DNA from: a virus
Lineage: Duplodnaviria > Caudoviricetes
Strand: one strand, 5' to 3'
DNA: 64,000 nucleotides
IMG/VR virus record: IMGVR_UViG_3300029288_000056
Span: 192,001-256,000 of that record
Shown here: positions 34,873 through 44,915 of the stretch, in pieces
Position numbering within the stretch: the stretch's first letter is position 1
Layout of the letters: every line of letters begins with the position of its first letter
Notes under the pieces: model-generated
Database searches by the model: none
Told to the model about the DNA's origin: nothing
Seen by the model: only the letters and a program-made list of their open reading frames with translations
Program-made: the position numbers and the translations under genes

Positions 34873-35301
34873 CTACGGAGCTATGGATACTTGTGATAAT
34901 GGGGGAACTACGGGTGCCGCGGGTGGGCCCGGTGGTGTTCCTGCGGGAGGCGTTGGTGGTATCGGGGCCGCTGGAGGTGTCGGTGGTGCGAGATCTACGG
35001 CGTCGTCAACTAAGGCAAACCACCGGTCTTCCGAACTGCGTACAAGCGCAGGGAACAGGGTCTTCTCGTCAAAATGCTGAGTAAGCATATATTGTCCAGA
35101 CGCGGCCATTAAATAAATAATTTTCCACCCTTTAACATTTCCAGATCTGCTATAGCCCGAATACTGATAAACGCGCAAAATACGATTTCCAACTGTACTT
35201 CTACCGAGCCTTATAGGTGCAACAATGCGCCTCCCACCTCCATAATTAAGGGATATGCAGTAACGTTGAGACATTGCGTCTTTTATAATATCTTCAACCA
35301 A
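34873..35301 (-). CDS. Stand-alone WYL-like domain protein with a Pro-rich tail
   Basis: ISLNYGGGRRIVAP..LG......LRVYQ..G.S......WK; C-terminal PPTPPAAPIPPTPPAGTPPGPP. Confidence 0.65.
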   Translation of the reverse strand: MVEDIIKDAMSQRYCISLNYGGGRRIVAPIRLGRSTVGNRILRVYQYSGYSRSGNVKGWKIIYLMAASGQYMLTQHFDEKTLFPALVRSSEDRWFALVDDAVDLAPPTPPAAPIPPTPPAGTPPGPPAAPVVPPLSQVSIAP

Positions 35302-35316
35302 TTTTGTGCCCCTATT

Positions 35317-36198
35317 TTACCAGTTTATTATCATTTTTTGAGTAGCTATCATAGTTAGCGTTTGCTCGTGTTCTTTTTCATGCGCTTTTATAGAGCCATG
35401 GCACTTTTTACATAGTGTGATTCCATTATTAACATCAAAACGTAATTCTGGAAACGCAGTAAAACCTTTAATGTGATGGATTTGTAAGTCCTTCAGTGTG
35501 CCACAATATTGGCAGTGATACCTATCACGTTTTTTAATTAATTTTTGCCACCTTCGGCACTCTAAACTAGCTCTAATTAAGTGGACATCAGAAGTAACAC
35601 CACCCTGCCAATTTGGGCTGTTTACGCCTCTATATTTTCCAGTACGTGTTTTACTCATTTTTATTTTAGACTCTTCTGAGTGACGTTTGCCTTTTCCTGC
35701 TTCGCTAATTTTTCTTTTGGTTTCATCTGAAAGACGGCGGCCTCTAGACTCGTGGCCTTTTATATATCTTGGGATACGACTATGACGTTTATGTATAGGT
35801 TTAATTTCTATCTCTTGCCCGCAACCACACTCACAAAAATGTTTCCCTTGATGCTCCTGTTTAAATCTTTCGAGCTTTTTATTGTTTATATCTATATGAG
35901 ACCTGCTTATTTTATTTCTTTGCTCCTGTGTAACAATGTGACCCATCTTAGTTTTACTTATTTTTCTACATGTCTCAATGGACATATTTTTTGTACCATG
36001 CCCTTGAATAAATCTCGGTATACCATAATATCGGTGATGAGGTTTTATGATTATTTCCCGATCACATCCACATTGGCAAAAATGCTTATTTTCGTGTTCC
36101 AATTTAAATTGTTGCCAGTACTTTTTGCCATGATGATTGAAAATAAATCTGTTTCCGGATCTAACCTCTCGACCACAACCGCACTCGCATAATTTCAT
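35317..36198 (-). CDS. HNH homing endonuclease with NUMOD3 repeats and three C-x-C-G-C modules
   Basis: CECGCG/CQCGCD/CECGCG; SDETKRKISE, HSEESKIKMS; RD.YHCQYCG..LQIHHIK...NGITLCKKCH. Confidence 0.9.
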   Translation of the reverse strand: MKLCECGCGREVRSGNRFIFNHHGKKYWQQFKLEHENKHFCQCGCDREIIIKPHHRYYGIPRFIQGHGTKNMSIETCRKISKTKMGHIVTQEQRNKISRSHIDINNKKLERFKQEHQGKHFCECGCGQEIEIKPIHKRHSRIPRYIKGHESRGRRLSDETKRKISEAGKGKRHSEESKIKMSKTRTGKYRGVNSPNWQGGVTSDVHLIRASLECRRWQKLIKKRDRYHCQYCGTLKDLQIHHIKGFTAFPELRFDVNNGITLCKKCHGSIKAHEKEHEQTLTMIATQKMIINW

Positions 36199-36239
36199 AA
36201 TATTATGATAACATAATAAGGAATTAAAATAATTAGTTT

Positions 36240-36668
36240 CTAGAAGAGCTTACTATAATCGGGCATTTCAAACTTTGGAAGAGTCCGTCGTTCAAAACAA
36301 GGGATACAAACCGTCTTCTGATGGTCTAGGCTACTGCCGTTTTTGACGACTTTCCACCAAACTCGCGTGAATTCAACACCTGACACTTCCCAGCGGCCGT
36401 CTTCAAATTCAACCAACTCCCTCACGTTATTAGGAAAGCCCAATTCCTTAGCTCTCTTTTTAGCTTCTGACGGGGAGAGTAGGCAGACTTCTCGCTGCAG
36501 TTTCTCAGTGTCGAGACCACAGACCGAACACACACCTTGGTCTCTTTGCCATACTAATTCGTTAAGACTGACACCGTTTCTGAACTTAAACTGCTCAGCG
36601 CACTCGTCAGAACAAAAGGTACGCTTCCGACCTTCTAAAGGGTCGCCGCAGAATTTACAGTATTTCAT
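36240..36668 (-). CDS. Zn-finger/degenerate HNH-like protein
   Basis: CKFCG..RTFCSDEC, VWQRDQGVCSVCG, TVCIPC; catalytic HNH residues not evident. Confidence 0.55.
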   Translation of the reverse strand: MKYCKFCGDPLEGRKRTFCSDECAEQFKFRNGVSLNELVWQRDQGVCSVCGLDTEKLQREVCLLSPSEAKKRAKELGFPNNVRELVEFEDGRWEVSGVEFTRVWWKVVKNGSSLDHQKTVCIPCFERRTLPKFEMPDYSKLF

Positions 36669-37375
36669 AACAGGTCCAATGAGTTGATCTTAGAACTGAT
36701 CCCGTGAACGAAATGATTTTGCATCATCTTAATAAAAGCCTTTTGAGTTTCTTCACTGACTTCCAAACTACCCACCTCGGAGATCGATGTCCTGAGTAGT
36801 CTGTCAAAGATTGCCGGTCCGTTCTTGAGATCGAGTACGTTGTTTCCTTTTGCACAGTCCTTACACACAATACAGGACTTGTTTATCGCATAGTAGGAAT
36901 TTCCGTTAAGGGATGCAGTACAGGAACAGGCCCTTGTGTTTATCCCGTATCCTGAGAAATGAAGAACCTTAAGCAAGAAGGCCGCCATCTCGTTAAACCC
37001 GAACGACTTCACGTCCGTGAAAGTCTTCCTGATAAGACCCCACATTTTTGGATCGGCGCTAAAGTTATGAGAGAGTTTGTCCGTAACCTCTAACATCGGG
37101 AACATATAGAACAGCCCCTCTCCCTTAACTTTACTGGGTTGAACTAACGAACCGGACTTCAGAAGGTTGAGATCGCGTTTTGGCTTAAGATAAAACTCCA
37201 CATTAACGATATTGGCCGGTTCAAGGATCAATCCGTAGGAATGGTTGTTAGACTTAACGCCCTTCGCGATCAGAGGGATCTTGCCGAAACCCTCTGAATA
37301 CAGTGTTATAATGTAGCTGGTATCGCCGTAGGAAAATCTTTTCAAAACTATCGCTTCGGTATTCTCAATCGCCAT
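36665..37375 (-). CDS. recO: DNA repair protein RecO
   Basis: TEAIVLKR..YGDTS.IITLYS..FGKI.LIAKG...LEP OB fold; LL..L..SGY; Cys cluster C.C...C..C. Start ATG 37375 (TAATG coupling). Confidence 0.85.
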   Translation of the reverse strand: MAIENTEAIVLKRFSYGDTSYIITLYSEGFGKIPLIAKGVKSNNHSYGLILEPANIVNVEFYLKPKRDLNLLKSGSLVQPSKVKGEGLFYMFPMLEVTDKLSHNFSADPKMWGLIRKTFTDVKSFGFNEMAAFLLKVLHFSGYGINTRACSCTASLNGNSYYAINKSCIVCKDCAKGNNVLDLKNGPAIFDRLLRTSISEVGSLEVSEETQKAFIKMMQNHFVHGISSKINSLDLL

Positions 37376-38196
37376 TAAAACAATCCCACATTCGTCGGGC
37401 AAGAAACCGTCGTCTCTACAATCTGGTTGTTGGCGTAGCAGTACTTGCAATTGTGCGTACAGGTGTTGTATGTCCCAACGTCAATAGACTCGGTGCATAA
37501 ACAAGCACCTCTTTGGCCATAATCTTTTTTATACTCAAGTGAAAGCCCGAAGATCTTGTTGATCAGATCTGTGTCGATACAGGCGCCGTGATTTACGCAA
37601 GTAATGTTTTCTGCGCAAGAAAAGACCTCGATAGGTTTGCAGACTTCAACAATTTGCTGACACATGTCGTTAGTTTCTTGATCTGTAGGGTTCACAAACT
37701 TTACGTCGCCCATTCTCTCTAAAACGAAACGATAGTAGTCCATAAAACTAATCACAAGGCGCTCCGTCTTTCCTGCCAGCTGATTAGAAATGTACTTAAT
37801 GCGGTCAATGTGGTAGTTGATAGGTGTTAGATCACTGATGATGATCGGATCGTATCTCCAAATAACCCTACTGGGGCCAATGCGGTCTGAGAGTTCTTGG
37901 AACGTCTTCAGTCTGGCCTCAAACGGTCGTAAGGTAGGTTCAAATTCCTTAGGATAGTCGTTAAGAGTAAACTGAAAATAGTAGTTGTAACCCTCGAGCT
38001 CGTTGAGCCGCCCCATTAGATTCGCAGGATCCTTGGTCCAAAAAACTATAACGTCAACCTTAGTGGTATCGACGTTGATGGTTCTTGGCTTGTGGGATTC
38101 GGGATGCAGAACGAACTTACCTTGTTTGAATGAGTCTACGAACCAATCTGCATAATGCGCGGGGATATCAGTCTTGCGGCTCGCGCTGATTATCAT
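37375..38196 (-). CDS. DUF1848 family protein (radical-SAM-like)
   Basis: MIISASRKTDIPA, IVFWTKDP, FQFTLN.Y, WRYDPII, CID, C.CT.SIDVGTYNTCTHNCKYCYAN. Confidence 0.9.
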   Translation of the reverse strand: MIISASRKTDIPAHYADWFVDSFKQGKFVLHPESHKPRTINVDTTKVDVIVFWTKDPANLMGRLNELEGYNYYFQFTLNDYPKEFEPTLRPFEARLKTFQELSDRIGPSRVIWRYDPIIISDLTPINYHIDRIKYISNQLAGKTERLVISFMDYYRFVLERMGDVKFVNPTDQETNDMCQQIVEVCKPIEVFSCAENITCVNHGACIDTDLINKIFGLSLEYKKDYGQRGACLCTESIDVGTYNTCTHNCKYCYANNQIVETTVSCPTNVGLF

Positions 38197-40970
38197 ATTT
38201 ACCCATCTCTTTTCTTGAACGTCTTTTTTCAGCCTCAAGCCATTTTTTATGCTCAAGCCATTCTTTATTTACCGGTTTAACTTTTACTTTATCATATAGA
38301 CATAAATGCAGATTAACAGTTATACTATATCCTTCACCCTTACCATTAATCCAGATGGCTTCTACATTCCACCATTGATCATCAAAGCAATCTTGTATCG
38401 CCCAAATACAATGGTTTAAAAATTCTCCAAAAATAAAATACTTGGTTAATCCTTCAAATTGAAGGTGAAATCCTTGTTTCCCTTTTCTAACATCATTGAG
38501 TTTTATTCTATGCTTTTCTAGGTGAAGTTTAAGCCAATATCTAATCTCCTCTGATTCAAAACCGGCCTGTAGTTTAGGTTTCTCAGTCATTTGGTTCCCT
38601 AATTATCGTCACGATCATCGCAAAAATAAACATAACGATGAAAACTGGTATCCAGACTGGAGAAAGGACCCAAGCCGCGATGTTAACGATCTTATCCTTC
38701 GTTTCCTCCGTCATAATGCTCCTCCTTTGTACCCTCTGTTGCATTAAACTTATATTTAGGGACTCCATTTTTGTCCACCCATGGGCTGCGTATAGTAGCA
38801 GGCTTATGCAGTTCGTACGCGAGGCTTGTGATGTCGATATACAGACAACCTTTGTCACCTTTTTCCCAATTAGACGCAACGACGTCCGAATTACTATTAT
38901 CAAGCTTCCGAACAGTGCTACCTTTCATCAAAACAGTTACCGAACCTTCGCACGGAATGATGTTGATGACTTCTACCCATCCAAGGCAGCGTATTTTTGG
39001 CGCCTCTTCCGGTTCCGGAATATAGTCTTTCAAGGCTCTTAAAGATGAGAGTATTACAAGAACGGTTTTGTTAAACTCTTGCTGATATACGTCTCTCGGT
39101 GTACCATGATCGCATAACATGAGTTCCAACTTATGTTGGGCATCTTGCAGTTTATCAAATATCTCTCTGTATTCCATCGTGTCCTAACAAAAAATTGCTG
39201 AGATTCCATTTGGGTATGTCTCTTTGTGATGAACCATTCCGCCCGAAAGCATTTCCATCCATTGTTCTTTTGTGGCCCTAAAACTACCAAAGGTTGTAGC
39301 CCCAGTCTCACACCAAGCACACAACTCTTCCAGCGTAGCAAAGACGGGGCTAACGGGACTACCTTCTGAGCAGTCCTCCCACAACTGGTATCCATCGCCA
39401 GCGGGTGGATCAATCGGTCGCCATTCCTCAGCTAGTCTCTGGACTTCTTCGCTTTGCCAAGTGTACCCCTCACCGTCACAATGAGGACACTCACCGTAAA
39501 CACCTAGGTGTTCCGCGCGGGCTTTTACGCATACATACTGTTCATTAAAAAAGAAGTCGTGTTTGACATACTCATTAAATTCTTCAGGTGTCGGTTTTTT
39601 CTCAAAGTCTCTCAGTCGTTTCTGTTCCCACAAAGCGTCGATCTCAACTTCGGTTAAATGATACTTCCATGCGTTGTCGTTATAGCGATGATGTGAATCT
39701 AACCAGACATATCTCGGATTATCAAAAGCATACCAGCCTTCGCTGATTTTTCGTGTTTCCTCATTATAGCCAGACCTCTCGCAATAAGGGCAATCTTGAC
39801 TACTGTACGGTGTCAAGTATCCGCTCCACACCTTGTGAAGCGGCCAGTCAAAGTCCATGGGTACACGTTTCAGCTGACGACTCATTTCTACTCCTCTGTC
39901 ATTTCATCAATACGCTTTTTGAATTCCTTTTTCAAACCGAGCTCCGGCATAGTAAGCCATTTTTTAAGCATCTCAACGTCGACTAAAAAGAATGTCTTGA
40001 GCTTGTAATCACATGAGATAAAGGCTGCTTGTGGAAATTCCATTTTCACCATATCTTCGAGCTTATTGCCATCTTTGTCCAATAGACCACTTTCTGTTTC
40101 TGAAAAAATAGGCACCTCGAGGTACTCTATGTTCTCAAACATGTCCATTGGCATGTCAACCATCTCAAATGTTCTTGCTCCAATATCCGGCATAATAAGG
40201 GGAAGTTTCTTATTCATTATTTATCACCTCACCATCGTTAACTTTCATAATCTCGTCTTCTCTAAAGACACCATCAATACAAACAACTTCGTCAATAATA
40301 AAATCATGTATTGCGCAAAATCTTAGGGCGCCTTCTTTAGAATCAAAAGCACCCAATAGACTCCCAGTATAATAATCAGGACCACACTTTACAAGCCATA
40401 GCCATTTTTCATCGTTAAAATTTTCGTCTACTTCATCTATATCAACGGTAGTTCTACAACGATACTGCCCGTCGTCACGATGATACTCGTTTGTTTGTAC
40501 AATACCAACCTTAACGGCGCTTACATTTATTAAGGTCTTAAGAACTTGCTTTTGTTCTAAGTCCACTTTACTCCTCATTAGGGAAATGATTCTTAAACGC
40601 TTCAAGATACGTGTTGATCTCTAAATACAGTAAATCCCCGTAGCCGCGCTTACTCAAATCTGCCCATTTCTCAAGCACTTCTTTGGGCATTGCCACCCTA
40701 TTTTCATCGATAAAATCTATTAAAACAGAGTAAACGGATCCCTCTGTTAAATCGTTTTCCTTATCCATTTTGTTTTTCCTTTTGTTTATCCATAAACTCT
40801 TCTCTCATCTTAATATATACTAAACAATTCTTAAACTTCGGATTAATGCAATTACTTGGTGATGCGCCTTGACACCCCATGGCTAACAAGATAACTTCGC
40901 CTTCTGAATAATGTTCACAATTGATCTTATCACACTTGATTGATCCCATAACGAACTCTGGTATAATCAT
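38168..40970 (-). CDS. Seven to eight hypothetical proteins, including a 233-aa Zn-finger protein (39184-39885)
   Basis: 39184-39885 has CPYC/CPHCDGEG and YQLWED.SEGSPVSPVF. Confidence 0.55.
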
Positions 40971-40974
40971 AATG

Positions 40975-41060
40975 AGCGGGCGGCGGGATTCGAACCCGCA
41001 ATAAGACTTTATGTCTTGCTGGGTTGGAGGCCCAGTACCATACCATTAGGTGACGCCCGC
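40975..41060 (-). tRNA. tRNA-Gly(TCC), atypical: long variable arm, C33
   Basis: Acceptor GCGGGCG/CGCCCGC with U73; D-arm ACC/GGT; anticodon arm CTGGG-CCTCCAA-CCCAG; V-arm AAGAC-ATAAA-GTCTT; T-arm GCGGG-TTCGAAT-CCCGC; no CCA. Confidence 0.85.
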
Positions 41061-41888
41061 AATAATATCCACGACTCTATCAATCATACTAAGTGAATTT
41101 AAAAATAGTAAATTAATATCATTATTTTCAAGAGCTTTTTTAATCTTATATCTACGTTCTTTTTTATCGTAACCCCTAATCTCTAGATAAACATTAAGAT
41201 TCGGAAGATAGAAATCTGGATGATATTTATGCTCTTCACCATTATCATCAAAATAAACGAGATACCTATTATAATCCCTTTCCCATTTGATACCTTTCTC
41301 GTCCATTCTAATAGCGCATCTTAATTCCCAACTACTGTCCATCCAAATTCCCTTATAATACGAACCATGAATTCTACTTGTTCCTGATTTTGTTCTATAT
41401 CCCCCTGTTTTACCTTTACAACTTCTAGAAATTTTATCTTTTATTTCTTGTGTTGGTATAGGATGATAATGCGCCCCGCAAAACCCAGTTTTGTTATTAC
41501 TAAGTAGTCTTTTCCCGCAAACTATACATACTTTAAGTTCCTTCTGAGTTACTACCGTTCGACTTTTGACAGCTAATGTTTTCTTTAAAGTTTCTCCAGC
41601 TTTACGCTTAGATTCCTCTGTGGGATGTCTTCCGTTAGCACAAGACCTTGAGCGGTGTTTGCGATATCTACCTATATTAAATCGGTGCGGCGTTACCAGA
41701 ATCTCATATTCATTACCACACTTCTCGCATTTAAGTTTATATTCTTGCCGCCGTGTGAGATTTTCTTGCACTTTCTTCATATGCGCTTTTCTATTGGGAT
41801 TATAAAAGCAATTAGTCTTGTGCCCACCAAATTGCTGTCCATTAGAAAATTCTAACCATTTATTACAATGCTCACAATAATACTTCAT
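41046..41888 (-). CDS. Free-standing PD-(D/E)XK homing-type endonuclease between two tRNAs
   Basis: Zn-finger and NUMOD3-like segments; MDSSWE, YHPDFYLP..NVYLEIRG. ATG directly follows tRNA-Glu; the stop lies in the tRNA-Gly D-loop region. Confidence 0.8.
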   Translation of the reverse strand: MKYYCEHCNKWLEFSNGQQFGGHKTNCFYNPNRKAHMKKVQENLTRRQEYKLKCEKCGNEYEILVTPHRFNIGRYRKHRSRSCANGRHPTEESKRKAGETLKKTLAVKSRTVVTQKELKVCIVCGKRLLSNNKTGFCGAHYHPIPTQEIKDKISRSCKGKTGGYRTKSGTSRIHGSYYKGIWMDSSWELRCAIRMDEKGIKWERDYNRYLVYFDDNGEEHKYHPDFYLPNLNVYLEIRGYDKKERRYKIKKALENNDINLLFLNSLSMIDRVVDIIAGVT

Positions 41889-41961
41889 CAGGGTCGGAGA
41901 GAATCGAACTCTCAATACTCACCTCGAAAGGGTGATGGCTTAACCGTTCGCCTACGACCCC
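41889..41961 (-). tRNA. tRNA-Glu(TTC)
   Basis: GGGGTCG/CGACCCT+G; TCACC-CTTTCGA-GGTGA; GAGAG-TTCGATT-CTCTC; no CCA. Confidence 0.9.
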
Positions 41962-41967
41962 ACAACC

Positions 41968-42729
41968 CTACTTAGTTGCGCGATAAATAGAGCTTTTGTA
42001 TTCTTGATGTACATTGTCGATATTGCTTAGTTTAAATCCCTTGATGATCTTATCGCAAGTAGCAGCAAGAATGTCTTGCATCTTACTCCAAAGCTTCAGT
42101 GAGTGAACTATTGGAGCATAAACTTCGATCTTGCCGGGGGTGAATGTCTTTTTACGACCATTCTCGAATTCAACTTCGAATCCGTCAATCTGACCGGTGA
42201 AGATCAGTTGCGCGTCCTTACTGTTAAGGGCCTCCATTGCCAAATAGCGAGAAACAGCCTTAGGAGCACCAGCGCGCTTATCGTCAGGATTCAGATAAGA
42301 GATACCTGCACGATAAAGTCCATCAGAACCGTAAACCCACGCCACGCATGCACTGTAGTTAAACAGATCTGCGTTTGAGCCAATGTAGAAGAAACCTACA
42401 CGCTCAGCACCAAACTTGTTGCGGGTGTACTCTCTGTATGTACTTTCACCTTTTGCAACCTTTTTAGTATTCATTTTCTCTCCTTTCTTGAGATAATTAT
42501 TTTAGAATTATGCCTTTGGAAAACCATAACTTTTCATACTTAATATAATTGAAAGTGGTAAGCATGTGTCTATCTGTAATTTTCTTTTACCAGATTCGGT
42601 TTTTGCCGCTAATAGAGCCTGCTCATGAGTATAACCAGCGTTTATAAGGATGCCAGCAATTTCATCTGGAAATTCGCGAGGAAATCCATTTTTAATTTTC
42701 TTTTGTAAACTAGGTGCAAATATTTTCAT
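41968..42729 (-). CDS. Two hypothetical proteins (41968-42474, 42508-42729)
   Basis: AGGAG RBS for the first; the second starts 7 nt after a -10 box. Confidence 0.6.
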
Positions 42730-42736
42730 AATTTTT

Positions 42737-42764
42737 AGCCTAACATACTTTTCTGAAAAGTCAA
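42737..42764 (-). promoter_or_regulatory. Sigma70-type phage promoter (copy 10), leaderless
   Basis: TTGACT-16-(TGT)TAGGCT-7 nt-ATG. Confidence 0.78.
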
Positions 42765-42776
42765 GCGTTTTCTTTT

Positions 42777-42848
42777 AGCCCTCATCTGGACTCGAACCAG
42801 AAATAGTTGACTACCGATCAACCGTTTTGCCATTAAAACTATAAGGGC
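42777..42848 (-). tRNA. tRNA-Thr(GGT), C33/G38
   Basis: GCCCTTA/TGAGGGC+T; GTTGA-TCGGTAG-TCAAC; TCTGG-TTCGAGT-CCAGA; no CCA. Confidence 0.87.
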
Positions 42849-42855
42849 TTAATAC

Positions 42856-43785
42856 TTAACGATACAGGGCGCGAATCGTGCCCATTGTAGTTGTCTCAAC
42901 CGTACTGTCGGTTTGAATCTTGAGGATAGTAGCATTACTCCCCACGATGAAGCCTGATGTCTCGGAGGTGAGGCTGACGCCGAACAACGAACTGAACGAA
43001 GGAAGTTGTTCATTCAACAGCCATTGCACACCGTTGTACTCAAGAATTACGCCATCCTGACCAACACACCACCCATGTGTTGGGGTGGGGAAGCAGATGC
43101 TGTAAAGCTTTGTATAAACCGGCTGTTGCACCATGGTCCAGCTTAATCCTTCATAGTGATAAAGGTGCCCTGCATCATCGCTTGCCCAGCCATTGTTGGA
43201 GATTACGAACCACAGACCGTAAATGATGTTGCCATACTGGGCATTCTTGGTTATCCAGTTGGAACCGGTCCAATGGCGTGTTTGCCCGGCTGAACCAGAG
43301 ATCCAGAAGTCGGTGTTGTTGTTAACCCAGATGGAATGCCACTCGTAATTTCCGGGATTCGGTGTCATGTTCGTCCATGAGGAACCATCGTATTTGAGCA
43401 TAGCCTGATTTCCTACCGCATATCCGTGCTGGCTGTCAATCATCCAGATCCCGTGTAATGTGTGTGTAGTAGGACTTGGTGTGGTCTCCCACACACTACC
43501 GTTATAGTGAAGGATTATTCCGCCTTCGCCAACAGCCCATGCGTTGTTATTGTCAGTTGCACTAATCCCATAAAGCGGATAAAGACCCGGAACGGGTGAA
43601 AGACCCCAACTGGTTCCATTCCATTTGGCTATAGTTCCGTAGTAACCACACAGCCAACCATAGTTTTCGCCGCGCATCTCTACATCGTAATAATCAAAGA
43701 AGCTTGGCGCAGGGACCGAAGTCCAGTAGTATCCTGCCGTCGCAAAACATACAAACATTAAAATAAACACAAACAGTTTTTTCAT
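42856..43785 (-). CDS. Secreted beta-propeller protein (Ycf48/BNR-like repeats) with a C-terminal sorting-like motif
   Basis: Signal peptide MKKLFVFILMFVCFATAG; ~40-aa repeats (L.GI......WAVG..G.ILHYNG..W); ends STVETTTMGTIRALYR. Start corrected to ATG 43785 (AGGAG RBS). Confidence 0.8.
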   Translation of the reverse strand: MKKLFVFILMFVCFATAGYYWTSVPAPSFFDYYDVEMRGENYGWLCGYYGTIAKWNGTSWGLSPVPGLYPLYGISATDNNNAWAVGEGGIILHYNGSVWETTPSPTTHTLHGIWMIDSQHGYAVGNQAMLKYDGSSWTNMTPNPGNYEWHSIWVNNNTDFWISGSAGQTRHWTGSNWITKNAQYGNIIYGLWFVISNNGWASDDAGHLYHYEGLSWTMVQQPVYTKLYSICFPTPTHGWCVGQDGVILEYNGVQWLLNEQLPSFSSLFGVSLTSETSGFIVGSNATILKIQTDSTVETTTMGTIRALYR

Positions 43786-43807
43786 TTCACTTCTCCTTTT
43801 GAAGTTG

Positions 43808-43880
43808 CGGGGGCAACGGGATTTGAACCCGTAGTTTTCTGGCTGACAACCAGAGGCCTTGCCAATTTGGCCATACCCCC
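43808..43880 (-). tRNA. tRNA-Asp(GTC)
   Basis: GGGGGTA/TGCCCCC+G; TCTGG-TTGTCAG-CCAGA; ACGGG-TTCAAAT-CCCGT; no CCA. Confidence 0.9.
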
Positions 43881-44438
43881 AATTATTAAGCTCTTCCGTG
43901 AAGCCACAAGGGGTTGAATGGGAACACCCATTTTCCCTTGAGTTTATAAGCGTACTTGCAGCAGGGCACCCCGGGAATACAATACTCACACTGTCCCATG
44001 TCTGCACAATTGCCTTTTAAGTTCAGGCACTTCTGTTTAACTACGTCTCCATCGGCTTTCTTCATTTACACCACCCTGTCGTCTGTTATGTATGTAGCCT
44101 TCTTAATCACCGTTTCGTTGTTCCCATTTGCCTAGTTCTTCTTGGCTAATCATAGCACCGATTACTAGAAACATTCCGACCCATCCTTGCCAAGTCGCCA
44201 AGTAGTTAAAGTTGACCCCCAGCATAACGCCGTAAAGCAGGATCGTATAATTTAAAAGATACCACCAAGTACTCATTCTTCCAACCTACTTCCTAAAAGC
44301 AGGACTAGCTCACCATCAGAAGTTATACGAACGTCGTCCTTATAATCCATACAATGAAGGTAATGGCATGTACCTAACATGCTCTTTTCTTTATCGGTCA
44401 ATTCTCTTAATGTTATTTCACTCATTTATCCTCCTATG

Positions 44439-44512
44439 AGACCGCGACTGGAATCGAACCAGTGCATTGACAGATTTGCAGTCTGCCGCCTTCCCTGCTT
44501 GGCTACGCGGTC
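44439..44512 (-). tRNA. tRNA-Cys(GCA)
   Basis: GACCGCG/CGCGGTC with U73; GCAGA-CTGCAAA-TCTGT; ACTGG-TTCGATT-CCAGT; no CCA. Confidence 0.92.
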
Positions 44513-44879
44513 ACAATTTCTACTGCGGGATCTTCCGCATAAACAGATCTAATATAATACTTCTGAAGGATCTTCTTCGCTTCCTCAAACTCACCGAGCT
44601 TTAGAGACTGGCTTAGCGCGACTAGATCTTCTAGTGATGCGCCCAACTCGATCGTCAGATACATTATTCTCCAACTCAGCGCCTCACTAAAGTCGGTTGG
44701 CACGTACGGTGGTTTTACCGTATCAAAGGCAAACTCGTTGGCCTTCATCGCCTCGTAGTGTTTGCAATCTTCCTGATCCTCGTCAAAAGCACAGTACCAA
44801 CCTGAGGTACCGTTCAATTTCCAGTTTTCACATATCCAACAGTTTGGCATGTCTCTCCAATGTTAATAACTTTACTGCT

Positions 44880-44907
44880 ATTTTATCACTGTTTTTGGAA
44901 AAGTCAA
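44880..44907 (-). promoter_or_regulatory. Sigma70-type phage promoter (copy 11)
   Basis: TTGACT-16-(TGA)TAAAAT. Confidence 0.8.
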
Positions 44908-44915
44908 GCACTTTT

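Noticed and set aside
40975-41060. Reading this tRNA as Trp(CCA) or Sec
   Set aside because: Stem register places UCC at 34-36; the acceptor stem and U73 are Gly-type; a normal tRNA-Trp is present at 49890.
43786-44007. N-terminal extension of ORF 42856-44007, and similar extensions at 41889-41915, 47826-47873 and 50875-50946
   Set aside because: These extensions run through tRNA, Y-RNA or promoter sequence; better starts exist downstream.
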